Shown here piece by piece: positions 13,240 to 26,554 of a stretch of DNA of 64,000 nucleotides (position 1 is its first letter; the number at the start of each line of letters is the position of its first letter). The position numbers were made by a program, and so were the translations under genes. This DNA comes from Eledone cirrhosa (lineage: Eukaryota), in the NCBI GenBank assembly GCA_964016885.1, contig OZ024742.1, positions 42,594,001-42,658,000 of the forward strand. The letters are read 5' to 3'. The notes beneath the pieces were generated by a model. That model did no database searches and had not been told where the DNA came from. It saw only the letters and a list, made by a program, of their open reading frames with translations.

Positions 13240-13242
<3 letters not shown>
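12630..13242 (+). mobile_element. HHR element: 5' inverted arm plus 446-bp monomer with 22-bp terminal direct repeat
   Basis: 12630-12774 inverted versus about 13034-13178; CGTTTCATTCTATTCCATTTAT at 12775 and 13221; (TA)n flanks. Confidence 0.8.
12916..12958 (+). ncRNA. Type I hammerhead ribozyme
   Basis: ACGAUG-CUGACGA-UAGC-UAAUAA-GCUU-GAAAC-UA-GUA^CAUCGU; 6-bp stem I; palindromic ACUAGU. Confidence 0.85.
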
Positions 13243-13314
<72 letters not shown>

Positions 13315-13319
13315 GTATG

Positions 13320-13676
13320 CAGTTGTCCCCCGGTATTGGCAGGGGCTATATTCCTAGAGCACCCGCGAAGAGTGAAAAACTGTGAATATTGGACAAGGTC
13401 CATAAAAATGCCTTTAAACGTCAAAATATAATGTGAAATATAATTAAAAAAGGAGAGCTTATTATGCAAAGGGACGTCCAATAGGCTGGCAAATATGGTA
13501 TATTGTTATTAATGATTTAGCGTTAAAAATATATATATTGCCACGAAAAAAGGCATAAAAGAATATTGGAAGTTATTTATGATTCCGCAAATATGCGGTG
13601 GTTTTCACGAACAATTAGTTAGGTTCTAAGGAAAATTCCGTGAATAACCGAGACTGTGAATGCTGGGAGTACACTG
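13320..13676. mobile_element. Tigger/pogo-like MITE
   Basis: Degenerate TIRs CAGTTGTCCCCCGGTATT / AATGCTGGGAGTACACTG followed by TA. Confidence 0.55.
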
Positions 13677-13789
13677 TATATGAAATAAACTAGACTTAAA
13701 TAGATATAAATGTATATATATATATCATCATCATCATCATCGTTTAACGTCTATCTTCCACGATATATATATTATGTATATGTTATATA

Positions 13790-13985
13790 TATAGAAAAGC
13801 TTCTACAGGTCTAGAACTGTTTCTATCTTGAGAATTCATCAGGAAGCTGACTCTCAGTGATTTCTCACGAATGAAACAGTTCTAGTCCTGTAGAAGCTTT
13901 TCTATATTAAACATTTATACTCTGCTATGTATTGAGTACCTTACTTACTGTGGTTACTCCCGATTGAACCTGGAATAACTTATGT
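13790..13985. mobile_element. Fold-back HHR element; HHR on minus strand at 13798-13848
   Basis: Minus AGCUUC-CUGAUGA-AUUCUCAAGAUA-GAAAC-AG..CU-GUA^GAAGCU; arms 13790-13835 and 13861-13906; related 3' ends at 54720-54990. Confidence 0.75.
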
Positions 13986-14029
13986 TATATATATATGAAA
14001 TAAATTTTAGACAGATAGATATTACATAA

Positions 14030-14345
14030 TTGTATTTATTGGATTATACGTACTTCAGTGACACCAGTATGGAACTGTTATGCAATCATTACAACAGCAA
14101 CTGGCACCAATGTCACATCATCAGGAGTTAACACAATTATGTGTGTGAGTTGATATGTCGCAGGCAAATGCTTCTATGTTGGTGAAAGTCCAGTGAACAT
14201 GGAAGCATTTGCTTGCAACATATAACTCACTCACATAACTGTGTTAATATCTGATGTCACACTGGTGCCAGTTGCTGTTTTAATGATTACATAACACCTG
14301 CACACGGGTGTCACTGAAATATGTATAATTCAATAAATATGATAC
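14030..14345. mobile_element. Old, diverged fold-back element with decayed hammerhead
   Basis: Imperfect inverted arms about 14030-14172 and 14185-14340; minus CUGAUGA-UGUGACA...UGUCACU-GAAG-UACGUA-UA. Confidence 0.55.
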
Positions 14346-14647
14346 ATGGAAACTCTGCCGCATTAGATCAGTACCTTTATGCTAGATAGACTACTCTAGC
14401 TTTCTTAAGTATGGAGTACTAAGACAACCAACAGTCTTACTGGTCTTGCTTTCCCTGCTAGCAAGGGTTGGATGGGTCTTCACAGACCAAGTCAATACTG
14501 AAGCAGGTATACTGACATCCCAGACAGGCTGGGAGCCTGTTTTCTCGCTTACATACAGTCCCATGCATTACTGAGGGCAATTTATCATGGCACAAGTACT
14601 AGGGAGGTTGTCATGCATGTGAATGTAGGATGTATGTATATATATTG

Positions 14648-15149
14648 ACCCCAGTACTTGACTGGTACTATATTTTATCAACTCTGGAAGGATGAAAGGC
14701 AAAGTTAACCTTAGTGGAATTCGAACTCAGAATATAAAGGGACATAACTAAATGTCACAAAGTGTTTTGTCCTACGCCTTAATGATTCTGCCTATCCACT
14801 ACCCTAAATAATTGTTTCTAACACTGGCACAAGGGCAGTAATATGGGTGGAAATGGAAAGTTGATTATATTGACCCCAGTAGATAACTGGTACCTTATTT
14901 TATTGACTCTACAAGGATGAAAGGCAAAGTTGATCTCAATGGGAATTAACTCAGAATATAGAAAGTCGTGTAGATGTCATGATAAAAAGCACTCAGCACA
15001 CACTGTAAATGTGGTTGGTGTTAGGAAGGACATCCAGCTGTAGAAATCTAGCCAGAAACAGTTTTGTATGAGGACACGGTCACCTGTTCCAACTTGCCTC
15101 AAATGAGACAACCCGTCTAACCCATGCTAGTGTGGAAAATGGACGTTAA

Positions 15150-15184
<35 letters not shown>

Positions 15185-15185
15185 A
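14648..15185. mobile_element. Cluster of diverged OK-type SINEs (-) and an RTE-derived bipartite element (+)
   Basis: GATGAAAGGCAAAGTT twice; GGTTGGTGTTAGGAAGG...GGACGTTAAA(TGA)n. Confidence 0.7.
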
Positions 15186-16802
15186 ACTAAATGCTTCAAA
15201 GTATTTTGTCTGATGCTCTAATGATTCTGCCAATCCACTGCCCTAAACATCAACTTAATAGTGAGAAAGTTATATTGGTAAACCCTTGATATTCTGGATT
15301 ATATTCGAAATCATTTTAAAATTATAGATGGGGATTCATTAGAAATATAGTAATGGAACAGATTATAGTGTTAAAGTTCTTTTCAAAGTTCATTTAACAG
15401 TTGTTGTTGGGATGTTGAGTACAAACAGCTTCTAGACATGTTCATATAACATAGCTTGAAACAATGTGATGTAATATGACTAGATGACTGTGGTGTAATT
15501 GGTTTGTGGGTTGTTGTTGTTGTTGTTGGTGATGGTGGTGGTGGTGGTGGTGGTGGTGTAGATGGTGGTGATGGTGGGGCGTTGATGGCAGTTGTAGTGG
15601 TGGCGGTGTTGGTAGTAGTGAGGGGAGGGGGAGGGGGGCGTTGATGGAGGTTGTGGTAGTGATGGTGCTGGTGGTTGTGAAGTGTTAATGAAGGTGGAGG
15701 TGTAATTGGTTGGCATGTTGTTGTTGTTGTTGTTGTGTTTGTGGTGGTCGGGCGTTGATTGTGGTTGCAGTGGTGGTGTTATTGATAATGATTGTGGTGG
15801 TGTTGACAGTGCTGGTGATGGTGATAGCGGTGGTGTTGTTGATGATGATGATGGTGGTGGGGTATTGATGGTGGTTGTGGTGGTACTGAAGGGTGGTGGT
15901 GGTGAATGGTTTTGGTGGTGGTGGTGGTGGTGGTGGTGGTGGTGGTGGTGGTAGTGGTGGTGGTGAATGGTTGTGGTGGTGATGGTGGTGGTGTTGGTGC
16001 CTGTGGCTGAAGTGATGTCAGTAAACTACACCAAGCAACATCTTGAACAATGGCCAAGATTTAAGAGAAATAAAATAATTCCTTTTCCTCTATTATCAGT
16101 CTTAAAATAAATCACAATGGATAGATGAAGTAGATACATACACATACACATACACACACATACACACATATACGTATATACACATATACACATACACACA
16201 TACACACATATACACATATACATATATACACATATACACATATACACATACACATATACACATACACACATACAACATATGTGGGCGACTAGAGTATATA
16301 AATTTGTGTAGGTGCGAATATATATACATATGTATGTGTGTATATATATATATATATACTTATATGTATGTAGGTAGGTATGTATGTGTGTATATGCATG
16401 CATGTGTGTGTGTGTGTATATATGGAGACAATCATTTACACTTTACCTCATTATTATTAATATCTTTTTATAGAAAATTTAATGAAGCTAAAGCACCCCA
16501 CCCCCTCATGCATCATATTAACAGAGTTTTTCTCCAATCTATTGAACAAGCAGGTTTTTCAAATATGATCCCAGTTTTATGCATGAAATTGCATCCTGGA
16601 AGGTGGCTGAAGAGGTCTAGAATTGCTGTTGTCTGTTCGTTTTAAGTAACAGTTTTTCTATGTGCATTTTTTGTTGATAATATATCATCATCTTCATCAT
16701 ATATATATATGAAAAGTAGTTATGTTTAGGAAGTTTTTAAAACCTACCCACTTTTTCATTTTCATATTCCACAATGCTTCAGGCAAACTACTACACCTTG
16801 TT

Positions 16803-16849
<47 letters not shown>

Positions 16850-17564
16850 CATACACACACGTGTTTGTGTGTGTGCATGCGATATGCAAAGATACAATTT
16901 ATTTATTCCAACCTAGAAATAAAGGAATTTGGTTTAGTGGTTAGGGTGTTTGGCTCACAATCATGAGGTGGTGTGCTTGATTTTTGGTGGTTCATTGGGT
17001 CCTTGAGCAAGGCACTATATTTCACTCTGCTTTAATCCAATCAGTTGGAAAAAATGAGTTGTACCTGTAACTAAAACGGCCAGTATAGTGTTAGGCATAT
17101 TTTTGCTAAGGTTAATTTTGCATAATTAAAAACAAAACATGCTATGATAAATAACTGAACAAGGAAAATAGCTTGAATTTAGAATATTAAGCCAAAATGT
17201 AGAGAATAGTGTTTATTTTTCTGTCTTCCACCCAGAAGGAGATTTTTAAAAATGATGAGTTTATCCTGTATGGCATCCAACACATTTGATTGGTTGCCAA
17301 AATTCGTCAGAAAATGGATCATGCATTTATCTATTCAATTGTTATATGCTAAAAACAAACAAATAAACTAATGAACAAACAAACAAAAACACTTATAATT
17401 TTATGTTTTCATTATTAAATGTGTAAAAATGCACAAAAGCAAGGTAAGTAGCTATTGATAATATGATAATGCGGTTTCAGGGTTTTTATTTTTTGATATG
17501 CAACTAACTGTCAGTATTGGCAAATCCCTTACATGGGAAATTAACCATTTTAACCAGTTTGCAT

Positions 17565-18400
17565 TTAGAAATTCCTCAATAAATATTGATGAAGGTGTCT
17601 GTAAGTATTCATAATTTCAATCTTTTGTTCAAAATAGACTGTTGTACTCTTCTGAGAGACAAAAGTCACACGTTCCAGAGCCATTAATATAGGGAGAATT
17701 GTTTTCTATAATGGAGAATCGATTTTATAATTATTGATATCATCATCCTTTAAACTTCAGATATATTTGAATAAAGAGCTTGTGAGGCGTCATTCTGAGT
17801 GTCTGAATGTGTACATATGTGGTGAGAATCTTCTTTTAAACAGATTTTCAGTAAACTCTATATAACCTTTGGTTTCACTATTTGTTCGTGAGATCTTAGC
17901 TCGATAAACTGCTAGAGTTTGGGGGAGTCGGGCTGCGAGATTCCTATCTTCAGTGGCGGCTCACCTAACAGAGGTAACTGGTGAAGCTCGTGAGGGCGCT
18001 TGGTTGATCCAACGCAAATGCCTCGCCATCACCCGCGGTAACGCTCCTCGCGAGACTGTTATCTTTTACTCTGGTAAAGAAGAGTTTTGCCTGTTTGTAT
18101 TAGTAATTTTTCTTTGGTTTATACTGGGTGTGGAGGCAGTGAACTGTGGTACACCTTACCACTATCGTTATTAAAGATTTTACAATATCTATGGTTTACA
18201 GGGAAATGATTCTTTATAAGGCTGGAGAAAATCCTGCCAATACTGGAACAAACATTTAAACTATGTGGAAGATTATACCAACTAATATTTCTTTAACTAT
18301 TTCTGTAATTTGGTACACATGAAAGATGGTTACATACTGAGAAAAGGTTTTTCATTAATTGGATTAACAATAGTCAACTTCTTTCTTTAATGTGTTTTAC
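17565..18400 (-). pseudogene. Decayed Penelope-like element ORF C-terminus (linker plus GIY-YIG-type endonuclease), interrupted by a CRE fragment
   Basis: Hand translation: RNISWYNLPHSLNVCSSIGRIFSSLIKNHFP..KIFN; GYIEFTENLFKRRFSPH..SLFKYI*SLK; SPYINGSGTCDFCLSEE; LNKR.EIMNTYRH. These resemble the PLE motifs IIWFNPP and CxLCLxEK..LLNKRxE..CRH. Confidence 0.75.
17920..18076 (+). mobile_element. Short 3' fragment of CRE-clade element, opposite orientation to 18465-19785
   Basis: Near-identical inverted copy of 18683-18845. Confidence 0.8.
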
Positions 18401-18464
18401 AAATACAATATTGAAGACATGATAATACCATGTGTTTTTGCATGTATACAAACGAATGTAATAC

Positions 18465-19785
18465 ATTTTGTTTTATTCTCGTTTATAAATAACACATATA
18501 ATAACACAATGCTTACAAAACGAAAGCACAAATAAATATAATATAAAGGAAAGGGAGCGGGAAAACAAAAAAGAAAGAGGAAAAGGAAGAGAAAAGAAAA
18601 AAAACGCACACAAGCAGGTAGCACACACATCTAGGACCACATAAAGAAAAAGGCAAGCGAAAGGGGTAGACAATCGTGCCGCTACCAGAGTAAAAAATAA
18701 CAGTATCGCAAGGAGCGTTACCGCGGGTGATGGCGAGGCTGATGCGCTGGAACAACCAAGCGCCCTCACGAGCTTCACCAGTTACCTCTGTTAGGTGAGC
18801 CGCCACTGAAGATAGGAATCTCGCAGTCAGTAGCCCGACTCCCCCAAACGTCTCGAACGTCACAGGCTGGAAAATGGAGTTGGCCGACAGATCACGGTAT
18901 TTTAGGATTTTGTTTCGTTCGGCTGCGAAAGCTGTGGCTCTCGCCCTAACCACAGCATCCAGGATGTGGGAAGAAGCAAAAGAGTCACTAACTGTGACGT
19001 TCCAGATAAGGCATCTGTCTCTCGACCAGGAGCACAGGTCATTAGGTCTTTTCCCATCAATTCTGGACAACCCAGACGATTCCAAATTGAGGGGATGTTT
19101 GCCCGGGCCAAAGCTCTCTTGAGAATAAGGTTTAGCTCCGTGTGACGAGCGAAGCGACCGTGGAGTCGAAGAGTTTGCCTCACCGACACCCCAGACCCTC
19201 ACAGACGTCGGTTCCCACTCTGAAGGCAATGGAGACACAAAGTTTGTCCAAGCTGAGTTGGCCACCAACGTTAGCCATGCGTAGGACATCAGCCCAGTCA
19301 CCTGAGTACTTGGCGCTGGCAGTCAGTAAGCAGCACCTTGAAAACTGATCTGACTGGTCGAAGAAGGAGTCAAAGGTAGCCCTTGGACGTATGCTGCCCC
19401 AAGATTTCTGACTTCGTCTGTCCTCCACCTTCTCAGGAACAGACAAGCCCAACTCACTCCCTTGCTGGAGAGCTTCATCCAACTTCCTGTTGGAACTAGT
19501 CCATGTTGGAGAGGAGAGGGTGTTGCTCACCAAGGTGGAGCAAGCGTGGGTGGAGGAAAGGAAACAAGGGAGAGAGAGGGACGAACATTTACGAAGACCA
19601 AGACCCCCATATCGCTTGGGCAACGCAGCATGATCACGGGACTCTGGAGAGAATCTGACATTGACCAAGCTCTCGAGTCTTTCGAAGATTAGGTTGTCGA
19701 AGCGTTGGAGGCATATTCTGCATATAACAATTGAATAGACAGATGTGTGACGCATTTTCGGGAACGGGTGGTCTTCACCAACCAA
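18465..19785 (-). mobile_element. 5'-truncated CRE-clade non-LTR retrotransposon with restriction-like endonuclease (frameshifted)
   Basis: AALPKRYGGLGLR, GRFARHTELN, GLSRIDGKRP, W..TVSD, AERNKILKY, PVTFETFG, FQRISLAITRGNA; AATAAA near 18472. Confidence 0.8.
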
Positions 19786-19858
19786 TCAAATCTTTGATAT
19801 ATTATATTTTGAATAGTTTACGAATTTTGTACTTACATATAGTCACATTGATTTCCGT

Positions 19859-20245
19859 TGTAGCAAGAGTTGCCTCCCTTGTTGTGACGATCACATCACC
19901 AATAGAGTAACGCTCTCTAGACGGGAAGTAGCTGGAGTTGCTTCCCGTTGGGGTGGCAGAGCCCTTTTTGTCACTTCCGTCCCAGGACCTATAAAGGGAA
20001 TAACTTTCAGCTCTCTATCTCTCATTTGCCTTTCGGCTCCTGGCCTTCTAACCTGCCTGGCCCTTCGGCCAGGCGCGTTCGACTGGCAACCCTAACATAG
20101 TCTCTTGCGAGCTAACTTCAAAACGGTAACAAATAACTTTACTTCATTCTTTCATCTACTACTCATTGACATGTCAACTATACTGTTCTACATAACTTCA
20201 ACTTGTTAATTAAACGTTATATACACAATCTAGTGTCTTGTTATA
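19859..20245 (+). mobile_element. Possible solo LTR
   Basis: Starts TGTAGCAAGA and ends TCTTGTTATA (8/10 inverted match); internal TATAAA (about 19990) and ATTAAA (about 20209); TSD unclear. Confidence 0.4.
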
Positions 20246-20441
20246 TTCATACACACCAGTATTTTGTTATACCGTCTTCAGTCATTTAAATAATCAGTGA
20301 CGTGAAACTGAGAGTAACGATTCAAGAAGGTAAGATCCTAATAAAATATACAAACTTTATACACAAACGTTCATCTTTCTCTCTGTCTGACTATCTCTCT
20401 GTCTCTCTGTCTCTCTGTCTCTCTTTGTCTGTCTGTCTGTC

Positions 20442-20509
<68 letters not shown>

Positions 20510-20592
20510 AATATATATATGTGTGTGTGTGTGTATGGCTGTATAAGGTGGGTGTATTCAGATATGCATGTAAATACTTGCACACACACGCG

Positions 20593-20671
<79 letters not shown>

Positions 20672-21689
20672 TGAAATCATAAAAACAATCGCAAGTACGA
20701 AGTCAAATGTAAATTTTGGAAAGCAAATGAGAGACGAATAACGTAAAGAAAATGGGAAGATCAAGAGCGGTTTAAAAATGAAGAAATAAAGGACGGGATA
20801 ATAAGTAAATAAATAAATACAAAAGAAGCCGAAGAAAAAAAGGAAAGGAATTTGGAGAAAGAAAGAAATATATTGAAGAAGGAACTGAATAAGTAAAGAA
20901 ACCAACAGTAAAAATAGAAAATTTACTGAAAAGAAAAAAGCGTGTCCGTTTTTAAACAAGACAAGTTTATTTAGTTAAAAGGCAAAATGGACGTCTGCTT
21001 ATTTTTAACGTCTGTTAACAACTGGAGGGCTTAACTCGCTGTCTGTCTGCCGCCACCACTTCTCCACCCTCTTATATATATGACTACGCAATATATGCAT
21101 GTACGTATTGGTGTGTGTGTGAATACACACACATATGGGGAGTGTACATGCACACACATGCATACACACATTCATACATACATACATCTACACCCACATA
21201 TGCAAGCATACTTGCACATATATATAGAGGCGAATATGGAAACAAACCATATGTTTATTGGCAGCAGCACTAACATAGCGTGATTCCTAATAGATGTGTA
21301 TACAATCTGTTTATGTATAATAAACATACACAAGTCTCGCTACGTATGTTTCATGCACATTGTTCAGGATATTACTGATAAAATAGCCATCAAGAAATGT
21401 CTTCCACGAGTTCTCTCTCTGTCTAAACATTTTTTCATTAATATTATAGTTTTCCTCTACTTTTTAGTATAGTTTTTCTTCTAAATATACTATTATGAAG
21501 TTTCCGTATGTTGAAGCTAACTTGGTCCCTATGGCTGTACCTCTGAAATTTATGTAGTTATTCCCAATGAAAAAGAATATATTATTCCCAAGAACGAAAA
21601 TAACAGCATCTAATCTGCATTGAATGGGAAATCATCTCGCAAATCTCTCAAATGTTCTTCGATCCAATATTTCATTGCTACAATCACCA

Positions 21690-22756
21690 AGTCATGTGGA
21701 ATATTGGTATAGAGGCTTATATATTCTTGTTTTGTAGACATCGAAAAGGCATATGATCGTGTTCCTCGGGACCTGCTGTGGAATGTTCTGTAGGAGTATG
21801 GAATCGATGGTCAGCTTCTTGTTGCCCATGCTGTCTCTATACGAATGCCTGGGTATTTGTGTTCGGATAAATGGTGCTAAATCAAAACCATTTAAAGTGG
21901 GAGTCGGACTCCACCAAGAGTACGTACTGTCACCTCTCATGTTCATAATTTTTCATGAACAAGATTTACATGCGCAGCAAGTTTGGAAGTGGTATCACGA
22001 CTGGCAGTAGTAAATTCAGCCAGCTGGAGTTTGCAGACGACATGGTATCACTTAACTCGACAAAAGGTGATCTCTGACTTGCACTTGACAAATTTGCTAC
22101 CGAGTGCTGCATGGCTGGAATGAAAACCAGTGCTGCGAAAACTGAGACATTCGTCCTCTCAAGGAAGCCTACATAGTGCACTCTATATGTGAAGCAGGTG
22201 GAGAAGTTCAAGTATCTCGGGGCCGTGTTCACGAGTGATGGAAGTCAGGAGGCTTAATTAAGTGTCTGTATTACAGGAGCTGGTGCAGTAATGCGCCAGC
22301 TTTAGCATCCGGTAACCAGAAGGGGGGTAGGCGTAAAATCCAAACTCGCTATCTTCAATTCGGTATTCGGACCATGAATCTTGGATAATGACCGAAAGAA
22401 TACGATCGCGAATACAAGCGGCCGAAATAGGGTTGATCGAAAAGGTCTTTGAAGTAACGTTACTTGATAGAGTGCGTCTCTCGGAGATCAGAGTCACTCC
22501 AGGGAGAGCCGCTACTTCTCCAAACTGAGAGATCACAGCTCCTATACTATGAGCATGTGGTTAGGATATCTCAGGAAAGAATAGCTGGACAGAGCAAGAT
22601 GGTTAGATAACATCCATGAGCTTGGCTGCTCTCGCTTGGGGATCCAACCAGATCAGTTGGAGACGATTGCTCCTGACAGGACCCGCTGGAAGGAGTGTTT
22701 GAGGACTCTGACCCCACGACCCTCTCAGAAATAAGTGGGCAAAGAAGAAGAAGAAT
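21690..22756 (+). mobile_element. 5'-truncated RTE-clade LINE (Expander/Rex3-like), decayed
   Basis: FVDIEKAYDRVPRDLLW, KPFKVGVGLHQ..VLSPLMF, FADD, QVEKFKYLG; (GAA)n tail. Confidence 0.85.
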
Positions 22757-23054
22757 TTGGTTTTGGGGTTTTTGGTAGATGTAACAAAAAAGTCAACGTC
22801 ATCTAGAATGAAGAAATAATCTCAATAAACTCACTTATTTAATTTGTTGGACATGCCGAGCCAGTTATGATAGATCTTTTAGCATTAGTAATTTTACATA
22901 TTCATTATTTTGTTCTTTCATTGCATTTTGGTTTTCCTTTGATTTATGTATTTTTGATAGACCATAAAAATGGTTCAGTTTTGTTTCAAAGTTAGCAAGG
23001 TAATCACTTTCGTTAGCTGTAATGAGTCAACTCATAATACAATGACCTATATTT

Positions 23055-23235
23055 GCGGTGGTTTGGCAGTATCGGTAGAGCGTCAGACACTGCTTTGCAG
23101 CATAGTTATGGCCCTTTGCGTTCTGAGTTCAAATCTGCCGAGGTTAAGTTTGCCTTTCATCCTTACGAGGTCGATAAAATAAAGTACCAGTGACGCACTG
23201 GGGTAATCGCTGGCCTTGTGCCAAAAGTAGAAACT
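23055..23235 (+). mobile_element. OK-type SINE nested in the PLE ORF
   Basis: Family motifs as at 34560. Confidence 0.8.
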
Positions 23236-24359
23236 ATATTTGCAGGTATTTCTTAAAAAAAGATTGTATTCTTCAACTGTTCTTCAGCTAAATACCGATA
23301 ATACTTAGAATCCATTATGACAATTGCACCTGATTCGGCCTGATTGTTATTGTTTCATTGTTTCGGAGACATTTAGTTGTAGGCTTCTCCTATTTGGGAA
23401 TATTTTGTGTAACAATAGTATTCTATTTAAATAGGAAAATCGAAAGGATATCAGTATATTAGTGTTGATGAGTATCTCTTGTTTTTGGTGGGGTGAATTT
23501 TGATTTGTTCCTCTTCAGAGATTCAACATTTTCTTTGTTTTTATCGACGAAAAACTCAATCAATCATGATTTTTCTACATAAGATTTGGATATCTTAATC
23601 TAGTTCTTGGTTGGCAGTTGGTGTAGGCGTAAGTTTAGTCCTTTGGCTAAAAGTATAAAGTCATCATTATCCTGATTTTATTTACGAATTAATAATTCAA
23701 TTTAGGTTAAATTGAAGTATTCTGTAATTCTGATTAACTGAGGTAATTTATAGGTTATCGCCTTTTGACCTACATACGACATAAAAATAACATCCTTAAT
23801 TATAAATATAAAATATGAAAATCTTAATAAATTATGTTCCTTTAACTACATTACCGCCACCTAGGTATAGTCGCCATATTAGTATTCACGAAAATATCAT
23901 AGTGATGTCAACATCCAACTTAAGAATGCCACAGAAGACGTGAAAGTTCTTATGTAAATAGGAAATAAAATGTGAAAATCCGATACACACACATTCCGCC
24001 GAGGTTAACTTTGCCTTTCATCCTTACGAGGTCGATAAAATAAAGTACCAGTAATGTACTGGGTAATTGCTGGCCTTGTGCCAAAAGTAGAAACAATTAT
24101 TTATATAAAACTATTTTGTACATAGAAATACAATTCCTATAATGAACTAGCAATAATACCCGACGTTACACGGGGAAAAAGATGACTTAGTCGATTGAAA
24201 TTGTCTTGGAAAAGAATAATGGCAATTCTGCATAAATATATTATTTAAAACACATTTATATTTAGAGTGTGAATGTGCGTATGTATGTGTAAAGAGAACC
24301 AGAGTGAGAAATATAGAGAATGAGGAGTAAATCACACATTAAGTTATATATATACATGG

Positions 24360-26115
24360 GGTGGGAGCAGTGACATGACGTCGGAAGTGCGGGTTGTATC
24401 ATTCTCTTAGTCTGTGTGCCGTGACAGAGTGCATTTTACTATTGTTCTCTGGTCAGACGCGAAATAGGTTAGCATCACGCAGTGAGATTCAGTCCAGACA
24501 CCAGTGGAGACGCTAGGTTCCTTCGCTTCTTACAAGCTATTTCGGCAGCGTTTTTTTAAATTTATTTATTTACTTACTCGCAGAAGATATGGCGACGAAG
24601 CTAAGGACCGATAGCGACGTAATCAGAGCTTTCTGCGGAGAGGGAGACGTTATTGCCCAGATTAGGAATATAAAATTGGTCGTTACATTATAAGGGATCG
24701 AAAATGTGGCATGCGTCATGGCTCTGTACCTGGGGAGGAAAGCACTGGCACTGTTCCTCGAAACGGACCAGGCAGACCAACCAAACGCGGAGAAGATGGA
24801 GCAATGGCTCACTGAAGCATTCACCGAAGGATCCTGCTTTCGCCAAACTAGGAATGGTGAGGTGGACAGGAAAGCAGATGGACGTGTTTGCAGCAGAAAT
24901 CGGGAGGTTGGTTACACTAGCTGAATTTACAGGAGAAAACCTAGAAAGGGCCGTGCGGACGGCATTAATGAACGGTTTCCCCGACAAAAAAGGAGGCTCC
25001 AACAGCTGCTGGGAAACGACAAAATGTCAACGAGCGACAAATCAGACAGACCCACGTGATGACACGAGGTGTTGAGCGAAATGTTGTGGCGTAAGTAGCG
25101 ACGGAAGCCTATAGCAGTAAACGCCGATCAACGAACGACGAGGAGAAGAGAAGATTACCCGTGAACGCAAAGGCCAGTGTTTTAGATGTAGCAAGGGACT
25201 GCAGGGAGCCGAAACCTGAAATAATTTGTTACCGATGTAAGCGGGCAAGCCACATCGCCAGCAATTGCGACCAAAGAAACGGTCAAAAAGGAATTATTTC
25301 GCCGGTAGCTATCCCTTACACGAGTAGAGGCGCTCTTGCAGTCGCTGCCCATAGTGGAGATTCTGGAGGGGGAAAAGCTGTCAGCAGCTATGAAGAACAA
25401 TATGCTGTTCATACTATTCAAGACAAGGATTTCTCGGCTGTGTTCAATGGACAGCGGTGGATAGTTGAGTGGTACTGGAAAGGAGAGCTCCCGACGTTGA
25501 AGAACAGGGTATGCTGTTACCAGCATACCCTGAAAGGGGACGCTAGAAGTGAGTTTGAGGAAAATGTGCAACGATAAATCGAGGAGGGCATATTAATCCC
25601 TTGGAAGGAGGAGATAAAGAATGGAGTGTTGTCGCTAATGGTAGTAGTGCAGTCAATGAAGAACAAGGTCAGGCTAGAGCTGGACTTTCTTGAACTGAAT
25701 GAACACGTGTCGTGCCACACAGGCGGTGGGCTTACAGATGTCTGCGGGGATTACAGATGTCTGCGGGGAAACCATGTGAGAGTGGAGATAAATGATAAGG
25801 ACCTCCACGATTGTTGACTTAAAGACATAATATCTGAAGCTACATGTAACTGAGAAACTGTGGCAGTATCAGCTGGTTAGGTATAAGGGCCGGATGTACT
25901 GCCTGAATAGGCTAGGGTTCGGGTTGAATTCGGCACCAAAGATCATGACGACGGCCCCCAATACTATTCTGGTAAAGGTGGACAAGGTGAAGGTGAACCA
26001 CTAATTCCTATATTGATGATATCGTGAAAGACGAGACGGTGGTATCGACAACAGTGGTCTCAAGCCACCTAGAAAGATTCGGGTTAACCGCGAAACCGCC
26101 AGGCTTCTTACGACA
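24360..26115 (+). mobile_element. Decayed Ty3/Gypsy-like LTR retrotransposon (gag-pol remnant)
   Basis: gag start MATKLRTDSDVIRAFCGEGDV; zinc knuckle CYRCKRASHIASNC; RT pieces IEEGILIPW, KNKVRLELDF.ELN, RLGFGLNSAPKIM, YIDDI; GCTTCTTAC at about 24525 and 26103. Confidence 0.8.
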
Positions 26116-26291
26116 ATATATATAGTCATTTCATACATTCATGAATGTTATATGAATGTTATGGAATTAGCCCGGTAAGTGTATTTCAATTGGTAATTAT
26201 AGATATATCCTATCTAATTTATGTATAGAATTAAACAGTTACATTATATATAACATGCCCGTCCCCGCAATCTATCTTATTTCTCATTCTT

Positions 26292-26327
26292 TCTTCTGAT
26301 GAAGGACTAGCGTCCGAAACATTAAGA
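26292..26327 (+). ncRNA. Minimal hammerhead, probably inactivated in stem III
   Basis: UCUU-CUGAUGA-A-GGAC-UAGC-GUCC-GAAAC-AUU^AAGA (G to A relative to the 11429 copy). Confidence 0.65.
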
Positions 26328-26411
26328 CCCTCTTCCTGCTATATCAAGCGTTAACCTAATATATTCCTTCCATATACTGTACCGATTGTGTTGTTATTTC
26401 TGTTTACCTTT

Positions 26412-26492
<81 letters not shown>

Positions 26493-26494
26493 AC

Positions 26495-26554
<60 letters not shown>

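Larger units (their letters stand above)
21365..23720 (-). pseudogene. Decayed Penelope-like reverse transcriptase ORF, interrupted by an RTE LINE and a SINE
   Basis: Hand translation: LLAKGLN..PTP; LKRNKSKFTPPKTRD; LRNNETITI..GAIVIMDSKYY; DYLANFETKLNHFYGLSKIHKSK; VLGNNIFFF..FRGTAIGTKLASTYGNF..YLEEKLY; WKTFLDGYFI. Confidence 0.85.
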
